A DNA stretch of 64,000 nucleotides from an uncultured Verrucomicrobiae bacterium (GCA_963765205.1 CAVXVB010000002.1:128001-192000), one strand, 5' to 3'. Positions 1-11,756 are shown, counted from the stretch's first letter. Notes: generated from the letters alone by a model not told the origin. A program made the numbers and translations.

Positions 1-2372
1 GATTAACGTCCTGGGTGCGCCAAGCGCCGGTGGCGTCGAAATTTTCCAGGCTGAACCCGATGGCATCCATGCGTTCGTGGCAAACGGCGCAATTGGGGTT
101 GGCACGATGTTCCTCCATGCGTTGCTTAAGCGTGCCGTTAAGGTCCGCTTTCGCCCCCTCGGCCAGGGCCGGCACGTTAGGCGGCGGTGGTGGCGGCGCG
201 GAATCGAGCAGGTTTTCCAGCACCCATTTGCCGCGCAGCACCGGCGAGGTGCGGGTGGCGTAGGAGGTGACGGTGAGGATGCTGGCCTGGGTGAGCAGAC
301 CGCCGCGCGGGGAGTCAGGCGGGAAGGTGTAGCGCTGGAAGTCGTCGCCGGTGATGCCGGGCAACCCGTAAAACTTCGCCAGCCGTTCGTTGACAAAAGT
401 GTAATTGGCGTTGATAAATTCCAGCACGCTGTGATCTTCCTGCATAATGCTGGTGAAGAACAATTTGGTCTCCTTGGTCATGGCGTCGCGCAGCGCGGGG
501 TCAAAGTCGGGAAACTTGGCGGCGTCGGGATTGACGTTGTCCATCTGGCGCAGTTGGAGCCATTGGCCGGCAAAGTTATCCACCATAGCCTGGGCTTTCG
601 GGTCTTTGAGCATGCGCGCGACTTGCTGGTCAAGTTGGGCGTGCAACTGGCCTTTCGCGGCGAGGGCGAACAATTCGTCGTCGGGCATGCTGCTCCAGAG
701 AAAATAAGAAAGGCGGGAAGCCAATTCGTAGTCGTTAAGCGTGTGGATGTTATTGGCTTCGCCCGGCTGCGGATCCTGTTCGACGCGGAAGAGGAAATTC
801 GGCGAGACCAGTACGGCTTGAAGCGGCACATTGAGGCTTTGCTCAAAAGAGCGGCCATCGCTGTCCGCCTTGGACCAGAGGGCCAGGAGGGGCTGTAATT
901 CCTGATCGGTGACAGGCCGGCGATAGGCGCGGGTGGCAAAATTGCGGATGATTTTTTCCGCCGCCTCCGCTTTGCTCACCGTGGCGGAGGGTTGTGCGAT
1001 CATGAGCTTGCGGTAGCTTTCCGGCATGCGATCGGGCGTGACGGCCAGGGGGCCTTCCACCTCAAAGAAAACGACGGCCAGCAAGGGCTTGCCGGTGAGG
1101 GAAACCGGGCCGCCGGCGCCACGGCCTCCAGCCGCGCCAGCGGCTCCGGGCGGGGGGTTGCCTGCGGCGGGGCGGCGGCCATTGGCGGGCGGGGCGGCGG
1201 CGATGGCCGGATCAACGTCCGCCGCATTGGCGGTGGCATCGGCGGCCGCCTGGTTCGCCGCGGATGGGGGGGGGGGCATTTTCGGCCACTGGCGCAGGCG
1301 TGGCGTCCGCGACAGCTTTGGCCGCCGCCACGGCGGCGTCATATTCCTCGGCGGAAGCGCCGTTGCGGAAAGACAGATAAACCCGGTGCGGGCCGGCGGT
1401 CACATGGATTGGCGCAGTGGAAAAGAGTTTGGCGTCGGCGTTGGCTTCGTTGACCACGAGATTCCGGTCATTTACTTGCTGGGTATCAAGGAAAAAGGCA
1501 ACTTCCGACCGGCCGCCGGCTGCATTATAACCGCGGAAGCTGAAGATGTAATCGCCCTCGGTGGGGAAGACGTAGTCGGCGTAAAGATTGCCGTAACGCT
1601 GGAAAATGCGTCCGGTGGCCGTCGTGCGGCCACGCCCAGCCGGGGCGGCGCTGGCCGCGGCCGGCTGGGTGTCGGCCGGGAGGTCGCTGTTGGCGGTCAG
1701 GGCGTCCCAGCGTTGCAAATGGGCGGGCACCACCGGATCGGCGAAAAGCACTTTCTCGAGGGAAAGCGAAGCGGCGGTCAGGTATTTCTCCATCAGCATC
1801 GGCGCGATGGAAAGCACGTCGCCATTATTGTCAAAACCATATCCGGCGTCATCCACGGGAAAGGCGTCGGCGGGATGGAAATCATTAACGCCGAGCAAAT
1901 CACGAATGGTGTTATTGTATTCGACGCGGTTAAGGCGGTGGAGGGTGACGCGACCCGGGTCAATGGGGCCACTGAGGTAATGGTTCTGCGTGTAGGCGTT
2001 GATCCAGGCGACGGCCGGAATATACTGGTCTTCCGTCGGCCGGGGTTCCTCTTTCGGGGGCATTTTGCGGGCGGTGAGCATCTTCAACGCTTTTTCCAGC
2101 GTGGGGATGCCCCTGGCCAGCGAAGCGTCATCGTGGAAGGTGTCGAGGCGCACTTCCCCTTCGGTGTCCTGGGGGCCGTGGCATTCGTAACAATGCGCGG
2201 CGAAGAACGGCTGCACCGTCTGCTGAAATTCGGCATAGGTCAGCGCCGGCGTTTTCGGGGCCGGGGTGCGTGGCGACGCGGCCGGGCTGGCGGGCGAGGT
2301 GGTCGCGACACGGGGGTTGGAGCAGGCCAGCAGGACAAGCGCAACCGCGCCCAAGGCGAGACTGACGCGCAT
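1..2372 (-). CDS. DUF1592/DUF1588/DUF1587 (PSD/PSCyt) cytochrome c-type lipoprotein; frameshifted at G11 run, 3' end outside window
   Basis: Lipobox-like VLLAC and CYECH. Motif RLNRVEYNNTIRDLLG. After a +1 shift at G11 (1266-1276) the frame continues with YELASRLSYFLWSSMPDDEL, RTSPVLRGKWVLENLL and CAVCH. Confidence 0.88.
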
Positions 2373-2564
2373 CAAGGGACGATGTAATAAACAGGCCGAC
2401 GCTGTTGCCGCCTGGCGGGGTTGACCAAGAGGAGACATAAACATATAAATGGACAGCTTAACTGAATGTCCAATGGGCAGACAAGCAAGTAATTGAAAAG
2501 CAAGGGATGAATTCAACCTCCGTCGGTTTGCAGCCCCGAAAACTTGAAACGGTTTCAGCGCGAC

Positions 2565-5099
2565 TTAGTTTGACGCCGGGGCGGCTGGATAGATCTCGGG
2601 ATGGATTTTTTTGAGATGTTCAAGGCGGGCGGAGATTTCCGCCGCGTCGAGGTGGCGCATTTGCTGATTGGCGTCGAGCCAGGCTGCGGCTTCAACTTCG
2701 GCGAATTCGGTTATATCGGCAACGGGCCAGTCACTGGGTGAAATGTCCCAAATTCGCGCGGTTTTATCCCAACTGGCCGTGAGGAGGCGGCGGCCATCCG
2801 GGCTGAAGGCGACGTGACGGGCGTTGAACGTGTGCTCAAACGGCAGCGCCAGCGGCCACCCGGTGGCGGTGTCCCAGAGGCGCACGGTGTAATCGTCCGA
2901 CGCCGTAGCCACCAGGCGGCCATCCGGGCTGAAGGCGGCCTGCACGACGACATCGGCGTGCGGCAGCGGCGGCGTGAGCGGCTGGCCGGTCGCGGCATCC
3001 CAGACGCGCGCGGTGTTATCCTCGCTGGTGGTCACGATTTTTGTGCCATCGGGGCTGAAGGTGGCACTACACACGGCGTCGGCATGCACCAGGGGTGGGG
3101 TGCGCGGCTGGCCGGTGCGGGCGTCCCACACCCGCGCAGTTTTGTCCTGGCTGGCGGTGACCACCCAGCGTCCGTCGGGACTAAACTCCGCACTGTTGAC
3201 CCAAAAGCCGTGCTGCAAGGGGGGCGTTAGGGCCTGGCCGGTGGTGGCGTCCCAGAGACGCGCGGTATTATCAGAACTGGCGGTGAGGACGACGCGCCCG
3301 TCAGGGCTGAATGAGCAGTCCACCACGGCGCCACCATGGACGAGGGGCGGCGAGAGCGGCTGGCCGGTCATGGCATCCCAGACGCGCGCTGTTTGGTCGT
3401 TGCTTGCGGTGACAATTTTGCGGCCGTCGGGGCTGTAGGCGGCGTGGCGAATAAGATTTTGGGCAAAGGTCATGGGCCGGGGCTGGCCGGTGACGGCGTC
3501 CCAGATCCGCACCGGATCCTTGTAACACGCGGCAAGTACACTTTGCCCGTCCGGGCTAAAAGTCGCAAATTGCACGGTGTCGGTGTATTTCATCGGCGGA
3601 GTGAGGGCCTGGCCGGTGGTGGCGTCCCAGACGCGCGCGGTTTTATCCCAACTGGCGGTGACGACTTTTTTTCCGTCGGGACTGAAGGCGGCAACCTCGA
3701 CGGAGTTGTCATGTTTGAAAATGGGCAGCGGGGCCCGGACGGGGGTGATGTCCCAGAGGCGCGCGGTGCCATCAGCACCGGCGGTGGCAATCAGGTGGCC
3801 GGGGCCGAAGGCGGCGGAGTAAACCGCGTCGGACTGGGGCAGTGGAGACGTGAGTAACGCGCCGGTGGCAACGCTCCAAATGCACGCTGTTTTATCCGCA
3901 CTGGCCGTGAGGATGGCCGTGCCGTCGGAGCTGTAGGTGGCGAAAAGCACGGCGTCCGCATGAGTGAAGGGCGGGCCGACGGTTTGGCCAGTGGCGGCGT
4001 CCCAAATGCGGGCTGTCTTGTCCCGGCAGGCAGTGACCACAAATGCTCCGCTGGGGCTGAACTCGGCGTGATTGACCACCCCCGCATGGGCTAGCGGCGG
4101 CGTAAGCGGGTGGCCCGTGGCGGCGTCCCACACCCGCGCGGTTTTGTCTTCACTGGCCGTGACAATTTTGGTGCCGTCGGGGCTAAACTCTGCGTCCACG
4201 ACCACGTCGGCGTGATGCAGCGGGGTGGCGATGGGTTGGCCGGTCGCGGCATTCCACACCCGCGCGGTGTTGTCATCACTGGCGGTTAAAATGACTTTCC
4301 CGTCCGGGCTAACACTCGCGCGCAGCACGGCACCGTTATGGACGAGGGGTGGAAAACGCAGTTGGCCGGTCGCGGCATCCCAGACGCGGGCGGTTTTGTC
4401 CTCACTGGCCGTGACCAGCCATTTGCCATCCGGGCTGAACGAGGCGTCCGTCACGACGCCGGTGTGTGCCAAGGGCGGCGTGAGGGGCTGCCCGGTAGTG
4501 GTGTCCCAGATCCGCGCGGTTTGGTCCGCGCTGACGGTGGCCACCTTGCGGCCATCTGGACTAAAGACTGCGGCCAACACCGCGGCTGCATGCGACAACG
4601 GCGGCGTGCGGGGCCGGCCGGTGGCCACGTTCCAAATGCGCGCAGTTTGGTCGTCGCTGGCCGTGACGACGGACTGGCCATCCGGGCTGAATTTAATCGT
4701 GTTGATGGCCGCGCCATGAGGAAGGCTCTGCAATAAAAGCGGCGCCTGGCGGATCAAGTTGCCCGCCCGGTAACGCAACTGGATGTCCGGCGGATCGCGC
4801 TGGAGGGCCGCCGTAGTCCAGACCAGCGCGGTAACTGCGTCGTCCTGTTGCAGTGCTTGATCGGCCGGCGCGGCAAAGTCACCCGCTGGGAGCGGGGTGG
4901 GCGGGGCCAGGACGCCCGCCCATCCGGCGAGGCAAAACGCCGGATAGAACGCCGCCAATTTCACCACCTGAAAATAATTTTTTGGGGCCTGATGGAATCC
5001 ACCGGCAAAGGAAGGTGGTGGGGTTGGGGGGCAGGACGGCGCGGGTGCGCCCCGGCGGTCAGATAAATCGCAGTGGAAGGGTTTGGTGTTTGCGGACAT
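2565..5099 (-). CDS. WD40-repeat protein (16 repeats of ~42 aa); start uncertain (ATG 5099 or GTG 4967)
   Basis: Repeated H..V..A.FSPDG..VVTAS.D.TAR.WD..TG units counted in the translation. Confidence 0.93.
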   Translation of the reverse strand: MSANTKPFHCDLSDRRGAPAPSCPPTPPPSFAGGFHQAPKNYFQVVKLAAFYPAFCLAGWAGVLAPPTPLPAGDFAAPADQALQQDDAVTALVWTTAALQRDPPDIQLRYRAGNLIRQAPLLLQSLPHGAAINTIKFSPDGQSVVTASDDQTARIWNVATGRPRTPPLSHAAAVLAAVFSPDGRKVATVSADQTARIWDTTTGQPLTPPLAHTGVVTDASFSPDGKWLVTASEDKTARVWDAATGQLRFPPLVHNGAVLRASVSPDGKVILTASDDNTARVWNAATGQPIATPLHHADVVVDAEFSPDGTKIVTASEDKTARVWDAATGHPLTPPLAHAGVVNHAEFSPSGAFVVTACRDKTARIWDAATGQTVGPPFTHADAVLFATYSSDGTAILTASADKTACIWSVATGALLTSPLPQSDAVYSAAFGPGHLIATAGADGTARLWDITPVRAPLPIFKHDNSVEVAAFSPDGKKVVTASWDKTARVWDATTGQALTPPMKYTDTVQFATFSPDGQSVLAACYKDPVRIWDAVTGQPRPMTFAQNLIRHAAYSPDGRKIVTASNDQTARVWDAMTGQPLSPPLVHGGAVVDCSFSPDGRVVLTASSDNTARLWDATTGQALTPPLQHGFWVNSAEFSPDGRWVVTASQDKTARVWDARTGQPRTPPLVHADAVCSATFSPDGTKIVTTSEDNTARVWDAATGQPLTPPLPHADVVVQAAFSPDGRLVATASDDYTVRLWDTATGWPLALPFEHTFNARHVAFSPDGRRLLTASWDKTARIWDISPSDWPVADITEFAEVEAAAWLDANQQMRHLDAAEISARLEHLKKIHPEIYPAAPASN

Positions 5100-5591
5100 G
5101 GCGATCGTATTTCGGTGGTGGCCGCAAATTGCCAAATCGGGTAGTGAATCAGTTTGAAAACCGGTTTCCGCCTTCCCCCTTTACAGCGGCCTAGTTTTGG
5201 CAACTACATACTTGACGCCGTGAACGCAGCCCTAACCCTACCCTCCGAACCCCGGCAACCCCGAAAAAGCAAATTCCCATCAGTAACTAGCGGCTTCCGA
5301 TTTGCAAGGGCAGAAATAAGCAAGTTTATTTGCTCGATTTTTAGATTCGGAGCACAATACACAAGTGGATTTTTGATGGCTAAGTCATTGAAATAGAAAG
5401 ATAAATGAATTTTAAAGACGAGAGGGCTCGCATCCTGGCATGCGCTCTTGATCAACCATATGCAGTAGGGGTTCAGAAACGTCCCCTTCCGCCATTCTCA
5501 AAAATAAAGACCGTTGCCCCAAAATGACCCGCCGTTAAAAAAATTGGCGGATTTCCAAAGGGGGCGGCGTCTATATACATAGTATCGCTTC

Positions 5592-5710
5592 GTGGAAAAC
5601 GCTGAATTATGGCAGGAAGACGTGGGGTGCTGCGCGGAAGCGGCGTTCACGACGTTGTTGGCGCGGCATCCGGAACTGGGGAATTCGACGGCGTGGCGGA
5701 TGCGGGCGGC
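5592..5710 (+). pseudogene. Degenerate N-terminal fragment of an ECF sigma factor
   Basis: MENAELWQED...AEAAFTTLLARH..L.NSTAWRM resembles the ECF sigma N-terminus (EAAF.ELV.RH..LVYS.A.R). The similarity then stops. Confidence 0.45.
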
Positions 5711-5794
5711 GCGCAGCCAACTCCGGATTGGGCGCAGCAGTTTTTTATCAGTTTACTTTAGCCATGGTTTGTCGTTCAACTCAATCCCCCAATC

Positions 5795-6565
5795 ATGACC
5801 TCAATCCCACCCATCATCACAGAATCCGCGTCCCTCGTCGAATTGCGCGAGGTCACCAAAAAATTTGGTGAAAAGATGGCTTTGGACCGGGTAACGTGGA
5901 GTATTCCCCAAGGTCAAATTTGCGGGCTGCTGGGGCCGAACGGGGCGGGCAAGACGACGACGTTTCGCCTGCTCATGGGCATCCTGAAGGCCACGACCGG
6001 CGAGCTGCGCATCAGGGGCCGCGACAGCTTCGAGGACCGGGTGGCGCTCAAGCGCCACGTCGGTTTTCTGCCCGATGAACCGGTTTTCTACACGTATCTT
6101 TCCGGACGGGAAATCCTGCGCCTCAGCGCCGGCCTGCACAACCTCGACGTGGACGCCGCCCTACTGCGGCTCGAACCGCTGATCCAGCGCCTGCAACTCA
6201 AAGAGGCCCTGGATCTTTTAGCCGACGAATATTCGCGCGGCATGAAAAAGAAGCTGGGCCTCTTGCTCGCCCTGCTCCACGAACCGTCCCTCCTGATTCT
6301 CGATGAGCCGACCAACGGCCTCGACGTCGAGTCCACGCGCCTGTTCTTTGATTTGATGCGGGAGCTTTCCGCCGCTGGCCGGACGATTTTGTTTTCCACC
6401 CACCTCATGGCCCATGTCGAGCGCCTCTGCTCCCATGCGGCGATTATCCATCAAGGACGGCTGGTCGCGCACGGAACCCTTGACGAGCTGCGGCGAAAGT
6501 TTGGGGCCGAACAGCCGCTCGAGGATGTGTTCATGCAAATCGTCGGCGCCAACGCTTCGCCATGA
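5795..6565 (+). CDS. ABC transporter ATP-binding protein (ABC-2/CcmA-like)
   Basis: Walker A GPNGAGKTT, signature YSRGMKKK, Walker B LLILDEPT, H-loop STH. Confidence 0.95.
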   Translation: MTSIPPIITESASLVELREVTKKFGEKMALDRVTWSIPQGQICGLLGPNGAGKTTTFRLLMGILKATTGELRIRGRDSFEDRVALKRHVGFLPDEPVFYTYLSGREILRLSAGLHNLDVDAALLRLEPLIQRLQLKEALDLLADEYSRGMKKKLGLLLALLHEPSLLILDEPTNGLDVESTRLFFDLMRELSAAGRTILFSTHLMAHVERLCSHAAIIHQGRLVAHGTLDELRRKFGAEQPLEDVFMQIVGANASP

Positions 6566-9147
6566 GCCAGCCATCATCCGAAATCACGCCCTTTTGGTTG
6601 ACGGTGCGACTATTACTGCGCGCGGCCCGCCAGCGCACCCACGGCGCGGCCAAACGGCAACAGGAACTCCTCCGGCAGCGCACGGGTAAAAAGGCCCGCA
6701 GCTCGGTTGGTTCCCCAACGACGATGACATTTTTGGCGGCATTTCTTGCGATAGCCATTCAGGTCATGTTCGCCGCCAGCCTATACTCTTCTTTGGAAAT
6801 AGCCACGCGCCTGGAAATGGCCGGCCACGGCCAAATGGTCGTGAGCGACCATTTTTTTGAGGACGCCTTTGGAGACAAGGGCAAGAAAGTGGACCGGGAG
6901 AAAGCGGTCAGCGACGAAGCCGGCCGGCAAAAGGAGCATATCGGCGGCACCAAGGAAGAACGCGCGGCCACCTTCAAGCGCCAGCTTGATCTCTATGGCC
7001 GGGCGGGTTTTGCGAATGAAACCGAGATGGAAAACAATATGCGCCATCTGGAGTTGGCAGGCCCGCTGTTTCTGGCGGTCGGAATGCTGGTGTTGCTCTG
7101 GTGGTTCGTCGTGATGGTGTGCCAGGGCGAAGGGGGCATGGCGATGGATTTGCAGGGCCGCCGGCATCCGATGCTGGAATGGCTGATGTCGCACCCCATC
7201 AGTCCGGCGGCAGCCTTTACGGGCGAAATGTTGGCCCCCCTGGCGGCGAACCCGTTTTCCGTGGCGGCGGCGCCGATCATTTTCATCGTCATCCTCGCGC
7301 CATTTTATTCCTTTCCCCTGGCACTGCTCGGCGGGCTGCTCATCGGCTGGCCCGTGGCTTTGGCGGCGAGCTTTGCCGGTAAGGCCATCGAGATCAACGC
7401 CCTGCTGCGCCTGTCCCCGCGTTCCCGCAGTGTGGTGCTGGCCATGAAGACCTGGTTGGGCTTTGCGCCAATCGTGATGATGCCACTGTTGCTGATGACC
7501 CAGCAAAATGGCTTTGCCTGGACCGTGCTGTCCTGGCTGCAACCGGCCGCCCATTGGCTGGCGTGGCCGCTGCTGCCCTGGCTGGCCGGGGTGCGGGCGG
7601 ATGGCAGCCATTCCTTCATGCAGGGTATGTTAGTGTCCTGGCTTTTTGCCGGGGGGGTAATTGCCGTCAGCCTCTGGCTCAGTGCCCGGGCGACCAACGG
7701 CAGCTTACAAGGCCCTTCTGAAGGCCGGCCGTCCGCGCCGGTGGTGGCAGACCTGCTCGGCCAGGTGCCGTTCTTGCGCGACCCTTTGTTCAAAAAGGAA
7801 ATTCTCTGGTTCTGCCGCGACCGGGGCGCCATCGTGCAAGCGATTCTCATTCCGCTGACCTTGGGGGCCTTTCAAGTATTCAACATGCGATTCGTCACGG
7901 AACACGCCTTGGATAACTGGAGCTACCTGTGCGGTGCGGGGATTATTTTTGGAACCTATTTCCTTTTGACGCTGGGGCCGCGTTCGTTGCTTTCCGAAGG
8001 TCCGGCGCTGTGGATTACGCTGACGTGGCCGCGCGGCCTCGAATCGCTGCTCAAGGCCAAGGCGAAACTTTGGGCACTGATGGCCGACCTGATCGTGGGG
8101 GCGATCCTGGTGTTCGCGGCGATGTGGTTTCCCGCGGATGCGTGGAAAATTGCCGTGGTGGCCGTGGGCTGGGTCGTCTTTGCCCGCAGCTTGTCGGAAA
8201 AAGCCGTCACCTTGGTGCCTTCGATAACCGCCTCCGGCCAGCCCGAGCGCGTGCCGGCGGGCCGCCAATGGGCGGCGTTTCTGGGGACGTTTTCCTTCGC
8301 CACGGGGGTCATCACCCAAAACTGGCATCTGGCGGCGCTCGGCGTGGTCTTCTCTTGCGTTACAGCGGCCGCGATGTGGCAGAATTTTCGAGCGCGGCTG
8401 CCTTTCCTCTTTGACCCGTGGTCGGAAAAGCTGCCGCCGCCACCCACCCTCATGCACGCGATGGTCGCCATCACGGCCATGATTGAAGGCCAGGCGCTTA
8501 TTTTTGTGTTTTTGGCGGCCATCCCCATGGCCTTGCAGGGGCAACTTAGCGAAGGGACGCACTGGGTGGTGCAGGCTTTGGCCTATGGCATCACAGCGGT
8601 GTTGACGTGGTGGTTCACCCGACGTTTCCTGTCCCGCGCCGGGGTGCCCTCCCGGCAGATTTGGCGATGGGCCGAATCCGGTCTGCCCCAAAGCCCGGAG
8701 CGCGAAACACCAGCCGCGCGCTTCGCCAAGGCACTGGCTTTGGGTGTGGGTGGAGGCCTTTTGCTGGGAGTCTGCGCGCTAGGCTATCTCTTGGTTATGG
8801 GACAAATCCCGTTGTTCAAAGATGTAATATTGCGGAACTCCAGTTACCTGTTGGAAGTGCCACTGATCCATTACGCTTATGCCCTGATAGCCATCGGCAT
8901 GGCGCCTTTTGCCGAGGAATATCTTTTCCGCGGGTTGCTCTTCCGCGCGCTCGACCGCGAGTGGGGCGGCTGGCGGGCCATCCTCGGCAGCGCGCTCCTG
9001 TTCGGCGTTTACCATCCGCCGCTCTCCTGGCTCCCCGTAATCGCAGTCGGTGTATGGAACGCCTGGCTTTTCAAGCGCACTGGTTCCCTCTGGCCGTGTG
9101 TCCTGGCGCACATGGCCTATAACACGGTGGTGGTCCTGGCCGCGTAA
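6562..9147 (+). CDS. ABC exporter permease fused to a C-terminal CPBP (Abi/CAAX-type) intramembrane protease
   Basis: Many TM segments. C-terminal AEEYLFRG, LFGVYH and AHMAYN motifs. ATGA overlap with the ATPase gene. Confidence 0.85.
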   Translation: MSQPSSEITPFWLTVRLLLRAARQRTHGAAKRQQELLRQRTGKKARSSVGSPTTMTFLAAFLAIAIQVMFAASLYSSLEIATRLEMAGHGQMVVSDHFFEDAFGDKGKKVDREKAVSDEAGRQKEHIGGTKEERAATFKRQLDLYGRAGFANETEMENNMRHLELAGPLFLAVGMLVLLWWFVVMVCQGEGGMAMDLQGRRHPMLEWLMSHPISPAAAFTGEMLAPLAANPFSVAAAPIIFIVILAPFYSFPLALLGGLLIGWPVALAASFAGKAIEINALLRLSPRSRSVVLAMKTWLGFAPIVMMPLLLMTQQNGFAWTVLSWLQPAAHWLAWPLLPWLAGVRADGSHSFMQGMLVSWLFAGGVIAVSLWLSARATNGSLQGPSEGRPSAPVVADLLGQVPFLRDPLFKKEILWFCRDRGAIVQAILIPLTLGAFQVFNMRFVTEHALDNWSYLCGAGIIFGTYFLLTLGPRSLLSEGPALWITLTWPRGLESLLKAKAKLWALMADLIVGAILVFAAMWFPADAWKIAVVAVGWVVFARSLSEKAVTLVPSITASGQPERVPAGRQWAAFLGTFSFATGVITQNWHLAALGVVFSCVTAAAMWQNFRARLPFLFDPWSEKLPPPPTLMHAMVAITAMIEGQALIFVFLAAIPMALQGQLSEGTHWVVQALAYGITAVLTWWFTRRFLSRAGVPSRQIWRWAESGLPQSPERETPAARFAKALALGVGGGLLLGVCALGYLLVMGQIPLFKDVILRNSSYLLEVPLIHYAYALIAIGMAPFAEEYLFRGLLFRALDREWGGWRAILGSALLFGVYHPPLSWLPVIAVGVWNAWLFKRTGSLWPCVLAHMAYNTVVVLAA

Positions 9148-9166
9148 GGTGCGCTGGCTTTTATAT

Positions 9167-9562
9167 TCAGCCCTGATATTGTTCGTCGCTGACCTTTTCC
9201 ATCCAGTCCACCACTTTGCCGTCGAGGTTTTCCTGAATGGCGATGTGGGTCAGGGCGGTGGTGGGCGCGGCGCCGTGCCAGTGCTTCTCGCCCGGCGGAA
9301 ACCAAATGACATCACCCGGCCGGATTTCTTCCACTGGGCCGCCCCAGCGCTGCACCCGCCCGCAACCCGCCGTCACAATCAGAGTCTGCCCCAGCGGGTG
9401 GGTGTGCCAGGCCGTGCGGGCACCCGGCTCGAAGGTCACGCTCGCGCCAACCACGCGGGCCGGAGCGTTGGTTTGGATCAAAGGGTCTATGCGCACCGTG
9501 CCGGTAAACCAATCGGCCGGTCCTTTATTTGAGGGCTGGGAGCCGTTTCGTTTGATGTCCAT
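9167..9562 (-). CDS. Cupin domain protein
   Basis: [19 protein letters not shown] and GEKHWHGA cupin motifs. Confidence 0.92.
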   Translation of the reverse strand: MDIKRNGSQPSNKGPADWFTGTVRIDPLIQTNAPARVVGASVTFEPGARTAWHTHPLGQTLIVTAGCGRVQRWGGPVEEIRPGDVIWFPPGEKHWHGAAPTTALTHIAIQENLDGKVVDWMEKVSDEQYQG

Positions 9563-9599
9563 GTTTTGAATTTCGTTTTGGGTCAGCTTTTTGCGTTCG

Positions 9600-10436
9600 C
9601 TAGAATGAACCTTCCATTTCTTTGGAGAGCGTCTCATGGACGCGCATATCCCGCAGCCGCTCCTCGATTGCCGGCGTGATCGTGCTGAGGGCATCACTGC
9701 CGGCCGCGAATACCTTCGGCGGATTTTGCATCGCGGCGATTTTGACAAGTGCGTCACCCAGCTTCGCTGGATCGTTCGGTTGCGTGCCGCTATATTTCGA
9801 CCACATATCCGCGGCGGTGCCTTCCGGTGCGTAGTCCTCGACGACCTTATTCACCCAGCGGACGCTTTGCGCGTCGAGCAGGTTCGTCCGGAAAAAGCCT
9901 GGTTCGACGAGGGTAATTTTGATGCCGAACTGCTCCACCTCGGTCGCGACCGACAGCGAAAGTCCTTCGACGGCAAACTTCGTCGCGGCATAAGCCGCGC
10001 AGTGCTTCAGCCCGACCACGCCGGCGACGGAACTGATGTTGATGATGTGTCCCGAACGCTGCCGCCTCATGACGGGCAACGTGGCCTGCATCATATGCAC
10101 AACGCCGTAGAAATTCGTTGCGAACTGCTGTTGGATCTCGGCGGTGGTCATCTGCTCAAAATTACCGAGCAGGCTGTAGCCCGCATTGTTAACCAAGACA
10201 TCAATGCGCCCGAAACGCTTGATCGCTTCGTCAATGGCAACTTTGGCCTGTGCCTCGTTGGTGACGTCCAATTGCACGAAGGCAATGCTCTCCGGTGCAA
10301 CATCGGGAAAAACGCGGCGCACTTTTTCGAGATTTCTGCCGGTCGCGACAACGCGGTCGCCCACGCGCAACGCGGCTTTGGCAATTCCTGTGCCGATGCC
10401 GCTACCGGCACCGGTGATAAACCAAACTTTGCTCAT
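9600..10436 (-). CDS. SDR family oxidoreductase
   Basis: [12 protein letters not shown] and YAATK motifs. Confidence 0.95.
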   Translation of the reverse strand: MSKVWFITGAGSGIGTGIAKAALRVGDRVVATGRNLEKVRRVFPDVAPESIAFVQLDVTNEAQAKVAIDEAIKRFGRIDVLVNNAGYSLLGNFEQMTTAEIQQQFATNFYGVVHMMQATLPVMRRQRSGHIINISSVAGVVGLKHCAAYAATKFAVEGLSLSVATEVEQFGIKITLVEPGFFRTNLLDAQSVRWVNKVVEDYAPEGTAADMWSKYSGTQPNDPAKLGDALVKIAAMQNPPKVFAAGSDALSTITPAIEERLRDMRVHETLSKEMEGSF

Positions 10437-10494
10437 AATTATCATCCTTTTATTTTTGCCCCAGCATGTAAAGACAGAACATAGTTTACGCCGT

Positions 10495-11514
<1,020 letters not shown>

Positions 11515-11588
11515 TCAAGTTTGAATCAATATATCACAGCTGGTCGCGGTTGTCGCTGGCCATTTGCCAAGACGACGCTTGGATGAGA

Positions 11589-11756
11589 CTATTTTTGCGT
11601 CACAGGACTGTCCAGGTCGAGCACCACGGTCGCGTGGTCGTCGTAAAGGTGGGCGCGCGTCTGGGCCAATTCCGCCAAATCGTCCTGAAACGCAAACGAA
11701 AGCGCCGCCGTTCGGTTCACGACGTGGCCGAGGTTGGGATCGAGGTAAAAACCCAT
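11589..11756 (-). pseudogene. 55-codon C-terminal fragment paralogous to the membrane protein at 26152-28113
   Basis: Translates to MGFYLDPNLGHVVNRTAALSFAFQDDLAELAQTRAHLYDD..VLDLDSP, versus FNLDPSMGRVMNQETALSFAFQDDLAELAQSRTHRFDD..VLDLASP in the full gene. Confidence 0.85.

Noticed and set aside
77..2387. Long plus-strand ORFs (77-898, 1026-2387) and similar antisense ORFs throughout
   Set aside because: Shadow frames of high-GC genes on the opposite strand, with no motifs.
2700..4720. 126-bp DNA periodicity as a non-coding array
   Set aside because: Fully explained by the WD40 coding repeats.
5434..5452. Sigma-54 promoter TGGCATG...TTGA
   Set aside because: Spacing and the -12 GC do not fit GG-N10-GC.
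5592..5798. 68-aa ORF as a RiPP or bacteriocin precursor for the ABC-CPBP system
   Set aside because: No leader motif or modifying enzymes; better explained as an ECF sigma remnant.
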